Assembly (NCBI RefSeq): GCF_023585785.1 | Contig: NZ_CP097765.1 | Location: forward strand, 600,001-632,000 | DNA from: Blochmannia endosymbiont of Camponotus modoc | GTDB taxonomy: Bacteria; Pseudomonadota; Gammaproteobacteria; Enterobacterales; Enterobacteriaceae | Direction of reading: 5' to 3' | DNA: 32,000 bases | Part shown: positions 27,303-32,000 of the stretch, in pieces | Position numbering within the stretch: the first letter of the stretch is position 1 | Layout: each line of letters starts with the position of its first letter | Translations under genes and position numbers: made by a program | Notes under the pieces: model-generated | Database searches by the model: none | Told to the model about the DNA's origin: nothing | What the model saw: only the letters and a program-made list of their open reading frames with translations

Positions 27303-28034
27303 CAATAACTTAATAAGCCTTACTATATATAAAATATACATATAGTATTTATGTACACTACTGCTAATAAACATAATCTAAAATACCGCCACACATATCA
27401 AGTATTTAAAAGTTAGTATATTTATGTAATAATTAATATATGAAAAATATTCAATATTTTTTATTAAAAAAATTGATAATGTACCTGGAGAACGCAGATG
27501 TATTATGCTTAATATGTAATTTTAATTGCACATAATATATCAATATAATTTATGCATTGTATATAAAGTTAAAAATAATCGTATATTCGATATATCAATT
27601 ATATTGATTAAATATGTTTTCTTTTCATATTTCAATACCTTGTAAGATAATCCTCGTGATATAATTCATATAATTGAAATCGTTTGCTAATATGATCGTA
27701 TATTAATATCAGTATTATATCATAAATGTACAAAATTAATATACTTCACTACAAGTAAATACATGCATATTGTTATCATAATAAATAATTAAAATAAATA
27801 ATACTTCCAATATTCAATATTTAGAAAACATATAAGATAAATTTTTTAATTTAATTAAAATACTAATAAATTAAAAATTAACAATAATTTCACATATAAT
27901 TGTTATATATGTATTTGATACAGCCTTTTATTTTTGTATATTCATATAATAATTATATTTTTATTGTCATTTATTTTGTATAACAACATGATTATAGTCT
28001 GCTGCGCATAACAACATAATAGAGTTCTGTGTTT

Positions 28035-28997
28035 ATGATAAAAAGAATAGGAGTATTAACAAGCGGCGGGGATTCTCCAGGAATGAATGCTGCCATTCGA
28101 GGCGTAGTACGGGCAGGTCTTTCTGAAGGACTAGAAGTATATGGAATACATGACGGTTATTTAGGATTATTTCAAGATCGAATGATACAATTGAGTCGTC
28201 GTAGTGTTTCAGATATAATAAATCGTGGAGGAACTTTTCTTGGTTCTGCCCGTTTTCCTGAATTTAAAGAAGATGCTACTAGAACAATAGTTATCAATAA
28301 TATTAATCAACGTAGTCTCGATGCTCTCATAATAATTGGAGGAGATGGATCTTATTTAGGTGCTAAGAGATTGAGTGATATAGGATTTCCTTGCATCGGA
28401 TTGCCTGGGACGATTGATAACGATGTTGCTGGAACTGATTACACCATCGGTTATTTTACAGCTTTAGAAACAATTGTTGATGCAATTGATAGGTTGCGCG
28501 ACACATCTTCTTCGCATCAACGTATTTCTATTGTAGAGGTAATGGGACGTTGTTGCGGTGATTTGACTATGGCAGCAGCGATAGCTGGAGGTTGTGAATT
28601 TATTGTAGTCCCTGAAGTAGAATTTAACCCACAAGATCTAGTACACGAGATTAAATCTGGCATTTCTAAAGGAAAAAAACATGCAATAGTAGCTATTACA
28701 GAACGTATTTGTAATGTATTCTATTTAGCGCGATACATTGAAGAAAAAACCGGTAGAGAGACTCGCGCTACCGTTTTAGGATACATCCAACGCGGAGGTA
28801 AGCCTGTTGCATATGATCGTATTCTAGCGTCTCGGATGGGAGCATATTCTATTGATTTGCTATTAAAGGGTTATGTAGGACGCTGTATTGGTGTACAAAA
28901 TGAAAAATTGGTACATCATGATATTAACGATGCTATACAACATATGCAACGTCCATTCCGTCGAGATTTATTGAAAACAGCCAAAAAACTATTTTAA
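28035..28997 (+). CDS. pfkA: ATP-dependent 6-phosphofructokinase
   Basis: From ATG 28035 the product starts [26 protein letters not shown] (E. coli [26 protein letters not shown]). [25 protein letters not shown] and LGYIQRGG are conserved. The tracked start at 28029 is a GTG 2 codons upstream. Confidence 0.96.
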   Translation: MIKRIGVLTSGGDSPGMNAAIRGVVRAGLSEGLEVYGIHDGYLGLFQDRMIQLSRRSVSDIINRGGTFLGSARFPEFKEDATRTIVINNINQRSLDALIIIGGDGSYLGAKRLSDIGFPCIGLPGTIDNDVAGTDYTIGYFTALETIVDAIDRLRDTSSSHQRISIVEVMGRCCGDLTMAAAIAGGCEFIVVPEVEFNPQDLVHEIKSGISKGKKHAIVAITERICNVFYLARYIEEKTGRETRATVLGYIQRGGKPVAYDRILASRMGAYSIDLLLKGYVGRCIGVQNEKLVHHDINDAIQHMQRPFRRDLLKTAKKLF

Positions 28998-29158
28998 GTT
29001 GTTTAAAATCATCATAAATAACTTGTTTTTTAAATAATATTATCGTTTACATAATCTGATTATGTATGGCTTATACAAATATCACGTATCTAGCATTTTA
29101 AACTGTTAATATCGTTACATCAATAATATACTATATTATTGCATATTCCTGCATATTA

Positions 29159-29935
29159 TTAATCAGGATGTGATTTGTTATGTTTTTCAGCAGTTTGTAC
29201 AATCATAGAAAAACTATTCGCGTTTAAAGAAGCGGCTCCTACTAATACACCATCAATATCTTTTTGATCAAACAATTGAGTAACATTTTCTGGTGTGACA
29301 GAACCTCCATACTGAATTGTTATTTTATCAGCTATAGATGTATCATAACTTGCAATATAATCCCGGATTGATTTATGAACTAATTGCACATTTTCTGGAG
29401 ATGCGCTAGCACCACTTCCTATAGCCCATATAGGCTCATAAGCAATAACTGAATTCTTAAATGCTTCTATACCAAGTAATTTAATGACTGTATTAATTTG
29501 ATTAATACATACTGACTGTGTGTATCCAGAATCGTATTCTCTTTTATTTTCCCCTATACATAAAATAGGAATTAATCCAACTTTTTTTAAGATAAAAAAT
29601 TTTTTAGCAATATATGCATCATTTTCTTTATGATGTATTCTCCGTTCAGAATGACCTATCAGAACATATCGTACGTTAAGATCCTGTAACATTTCTGCTG
29701 AAATATCGCCGGTAAACGCTCCAGATAAATGAATATCAACATTTTGAGCACATAACTGAATATGACTGTTCAATAAATAACGCTTAATTATATCTAAATA
29801 CATCACAGGAGGAGCTATAGCTACACTACATTTAGAAATATTATGAAATGTATTAACTAACGCAATAATTAGATTAGTTATGGTATTTTTATTGCCATTT
29901 AATTTCCAGTTTCCTATTATCAATAGACGCCTCAC
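29159..29935 (-). CDS. tpiA: Triosephosphate isomerase
   Basis: 258 aa with a GTG start and GGGAGAG 6 nt upstream. The catalytic motifs GNWKLNG (Lys), IGHSERR (His) and AYEPIWAIGSG (Glu) are present. It is convergent with pfkA, consistent with E. coli pfkA ... tpiA. Confidence 0.95.
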   Translation of the reverse strand: MRRLLIIGNWKLNGNKNTITNLIIALVNTFHNISKCSVAIAPPVMYLDIIKRYLLNSHIQLCAQNVDIHLSGAFTGDISAEMLQDLNVRYVLIGHSERRIHHKENDAYIAKKFFILKKVGLIPILCIGENKREYDSGYTQSVCINQINTVIKLLGIEAFKNSVIAYEPIWAIGSGASASPENVQLVHKSIRDYIASYDTSIADKITIQYGGSVTPENVTQLFDQKDIDGVLVGAASLNANSFSMIVQTAEKHNKSHPD

Positions 29936-30161
29936 ATCATCTCTCCCACAGAAATTATTTCATAACAATAATTGTGATACAGCAATCAATGCTAATTAAT
30001 ATTAAGCAAAATAATGCTATGTATTACACGATTAGAATGTATGTACTTAAAAGATACGCAATTGTGCATTGCAACATGCTGATATTATAAAGATGTACAA
30101 TAATAAATAATTTTGTAAAACACTGTCAGTTATAGTTAACCGTACATTATAGCCATTTATG

Positions 30162-30911
30162 TTACCAATAACGTTCTTGAGTAACATGACCTGGTTTACA
30201 TCGCAAATGATCTTGCATTCCGTATTTTTTATTCAATATTTCCTTAGTATCTTGTATCATTTGCGGATTTCCACATAACATCACGTGACTATTGTTAATA
30301 TCCAATTGTAATCCTATTTTTTTTTCTAAAGAGTCATTTTCTATCAAATTAGGTATACGCCCAAAAAGTGAACCAGAAGATTCTTCTTGACTTATAATTG
30401 TTTGCACATGTAATTTACCATTATAAAATTTTTGTAATTTTCTTATTTGAGATAAATAATTTAAATTTTTAGAAAACCTCACCGCATGTACTAATACAAT
30501 ATTTGAAAATTGACACAATCTTTTATCATGATCTTCAAGTATTGATAAATATGGACCAATCCCTGTCCCGCTAGCCAACATCCATAAATTTTTACAATTT
30601 GGAATTTCATTGAGTATAAAACGTCCGTATGCTTTTTTAGTAAGCATAAGAGGATCACCGGGACGTAAGGTACATAATAATGGGGTACATTTCCCTTCTA
30701 GTACAGTAGCTATGTAAAATTCTAGATTTGGATTATGCGGAGCATTAAGATATGAATAAGCACGTTGCACGATTATATTATTTATTTTTATCCTTATTTT
30801 AGTAAATTGACCAGCAATAAATGTATTTACTGGAGCTCGTACAATAAGACTAAACAACTGATCTGTCCAATTTTTTATATTAATAATTTTTCCGGTGACC
30901 CATGTAGACAT
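30162..30911 (-). CDS. fpr: Ferredoxin/flavodoxin-NADP+ reductase
   Basis: 249 aa. WVTGKIINIKNWTDQLFSL (E. coli WVTGKVTKVQNWTDALFSL), the FAD motif RAYSY, MLASGTGIGPYLSIL, HVMLCGNPQM and the C-terminal RYW (E. coli HYW) are conserved. Confidence 0.93.
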   Translation of the reverse strand: MSTWVTGKIINIKNWTDQLFSLIVRAPVNTFIAGQFTKIRIKINNIIVQRAYSYLNAPHNPNLEFYIATVLEGKCTPLLCTLRPGDPLMLTKKAYGRFILNEIPNCKNLWMLASGTGIGPYLSILEDHDKRLCQFSNIVLVHAVRFSKNLNYLSQIRKLQKFYNGKLHVQTIISQEESSGSLFGRIPNLIENDSLEKKIGLQLDINNSHVMLCGNPQMIQDTKEILNKKYGMQDHLRCKPGHVTQERYW

Positions 30912-32000
30912 AAAATTTACCCGTATTCAGTTATATTCAAATATTTCATCTTATTAAGTAACTTCATTGGTATGATCAGAATCAATATTGAAATTTGTAC
31001 TTATTATTATCTACCCCTTAAAATTTAACACAATATTCCGGTATAAAAATTTTTATCTAAAAAAATCAACATAAAATACTGTAATTATTGCCTATTCGAT
31101 TGAACGTAATTTTATGATATTAAAACAATAGTACATTTAATCAGATATTTTAATATTATAATTTTTTCATGAAATCGTTCTATGTAAAAGATCTTTTATT
31201 TATAAAATCAAACACTACAAATAATGTAGTGACTACTTTAGCGCCCTACTTATATAGTAGTAATATTTTGTGATTACATTCGTACACAACATGTATGAAC
31301 TGATCTATAGTAATTTAAAATTTAAATTATCCAAATCAATGTTACTTTAATGATTCGATTATTTTTAGAAAATATATTTTCATTATATATATAATTTTTA
31401 ATTATAATTTTTGTAAGTTTTACCGTCGTAAAGATCGTACATTACTATTTTATAGTAATAAATACACAACATTTATGTTAGTGTTAATGAAACTTACGGT
31501 CATAAATAAAAATACGCACTCTGGCCACCTTAAACACAAGTATGTTGCATACTTGTTATAAATTTAGTTATATTAAATATAATAATTTATTTTCAGTGGT
31601 TATAAATACTTTGAATACCTCATACAACTCATTGCTGTAATTATATAATCAACTATATGCTTCTCGAAAACACGTAAGTCTGTGTATTGATTGGATAAAA
31701 ATATCTACTATTATACAATTGCATATGTTGTGTTTATGAAAAAGAATGCAATTGCAAGTGTTGTATATTTTATTTAGTACATTTATTTATGCGTATAAAT
31801 GGTTATTTGTTGGTATCCTATATTCAATCTTAAAAATTAAATAATTATCATTTTATCAAAAATTATTACATAAAGTAAATATTTATATTATTTGATGGAA
31901 TTAGGGTGTTGAACGTTTGTGAGTATAAGTATATCCACTCATGTGGTTGCATATATTAATATCAATAGATTATTATGTAGTTATAAACATTATAAAAATA

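Noticed and set aside
30765-31028. 87-aa plus-strand ORF overlapping the fpr 5' end.
   Set aside because: It is antisense to the conserved fpr N-terminus. The remainder runs into the AT-rich spacer, and the translation is low-complexity.
1-32000. Scan for tRNA/rRNA genes, CRISPR arrays, IS or transposase genes, phage genes, toxin-antitoxin or defence modules.
   Set aside because: I saw no GC-rich cloverleaf-like islands with a T-loop GTTCGAATC-type motif and no regularly spaced repeats. All ORFs of 60 aa or more are either assigned housekeeping genes or antisense shadows. This was a visual scan only; tRNAscan-SE, Infernal and a CRISPR finder would be decisive.

Overview
The window looks like a piece of a strongly AT-rich, reduced gammaproteobacterial (Enterobacterales-derived) genome. 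It resembles an obligate insect endosymbiont of the Blochmannia / Wigglesworthia / Baumannia type. That organism guess is inference from composition, gene content and gene order, not from a search.

I can support 27 protein genes, all housekeeping:
- ubiB (3' end), ubiD, dsbA, polA, engB, glnA, rpoZ, gmk
- one MarR-family regulator
- yicC, dut, coaBC, rpmB, rpmG (missed by the ORF track because it is under 60 aa), coaD
- waaA, waaC, waaF, hldD, yibN, grxC, secB, gpsA, cysE, pfkA, tpiA, fpr

Order and orientation reproduce several E. coli K-12 neighbourhoods with the intervening genes removed. Summing my coordinates, about two thirds of the window is coding. The rest is long, extremely AT-rich, ORF-free spacer at the positions where E. 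coli carries other genes. I found no tRNA, rRNA, CRISPR array, IS element, phage gene or recognisable defence/toxin module, and I see no convincing novel multi-gene system.

The features most worth a second look:
1. A perfect 44-bp-arm inverted repeat abutting the coaBC start (15202-15292).
2. A perfect 26-bp-stem, locally GC-rich hairpin between convergent rpmG and coaD (16110-16165). Together with (1) it brackets the rpmB-rpmG operon.
3. A polA whose 3'-5' exonuclease domain has lost all four catalytic carboxylates while the polymerase and 5'-nuclease motifs are intact.
4. A lone MarR-type regulator in an otherwise regulator-poor region, next to a 1-kb nearly pure A/T spacer.
5. An LPS core locus cut down to waaA / waaC / waaF / hldD, with a 1.8-kb empty scar and a 0.7-kb scar that may hold a decayed glycosyltransferase.
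6. A CysE lacking the C-terminal tail.

All homology statements rest on my recollection of E. coli protein sequences and motifs, not on database searches.
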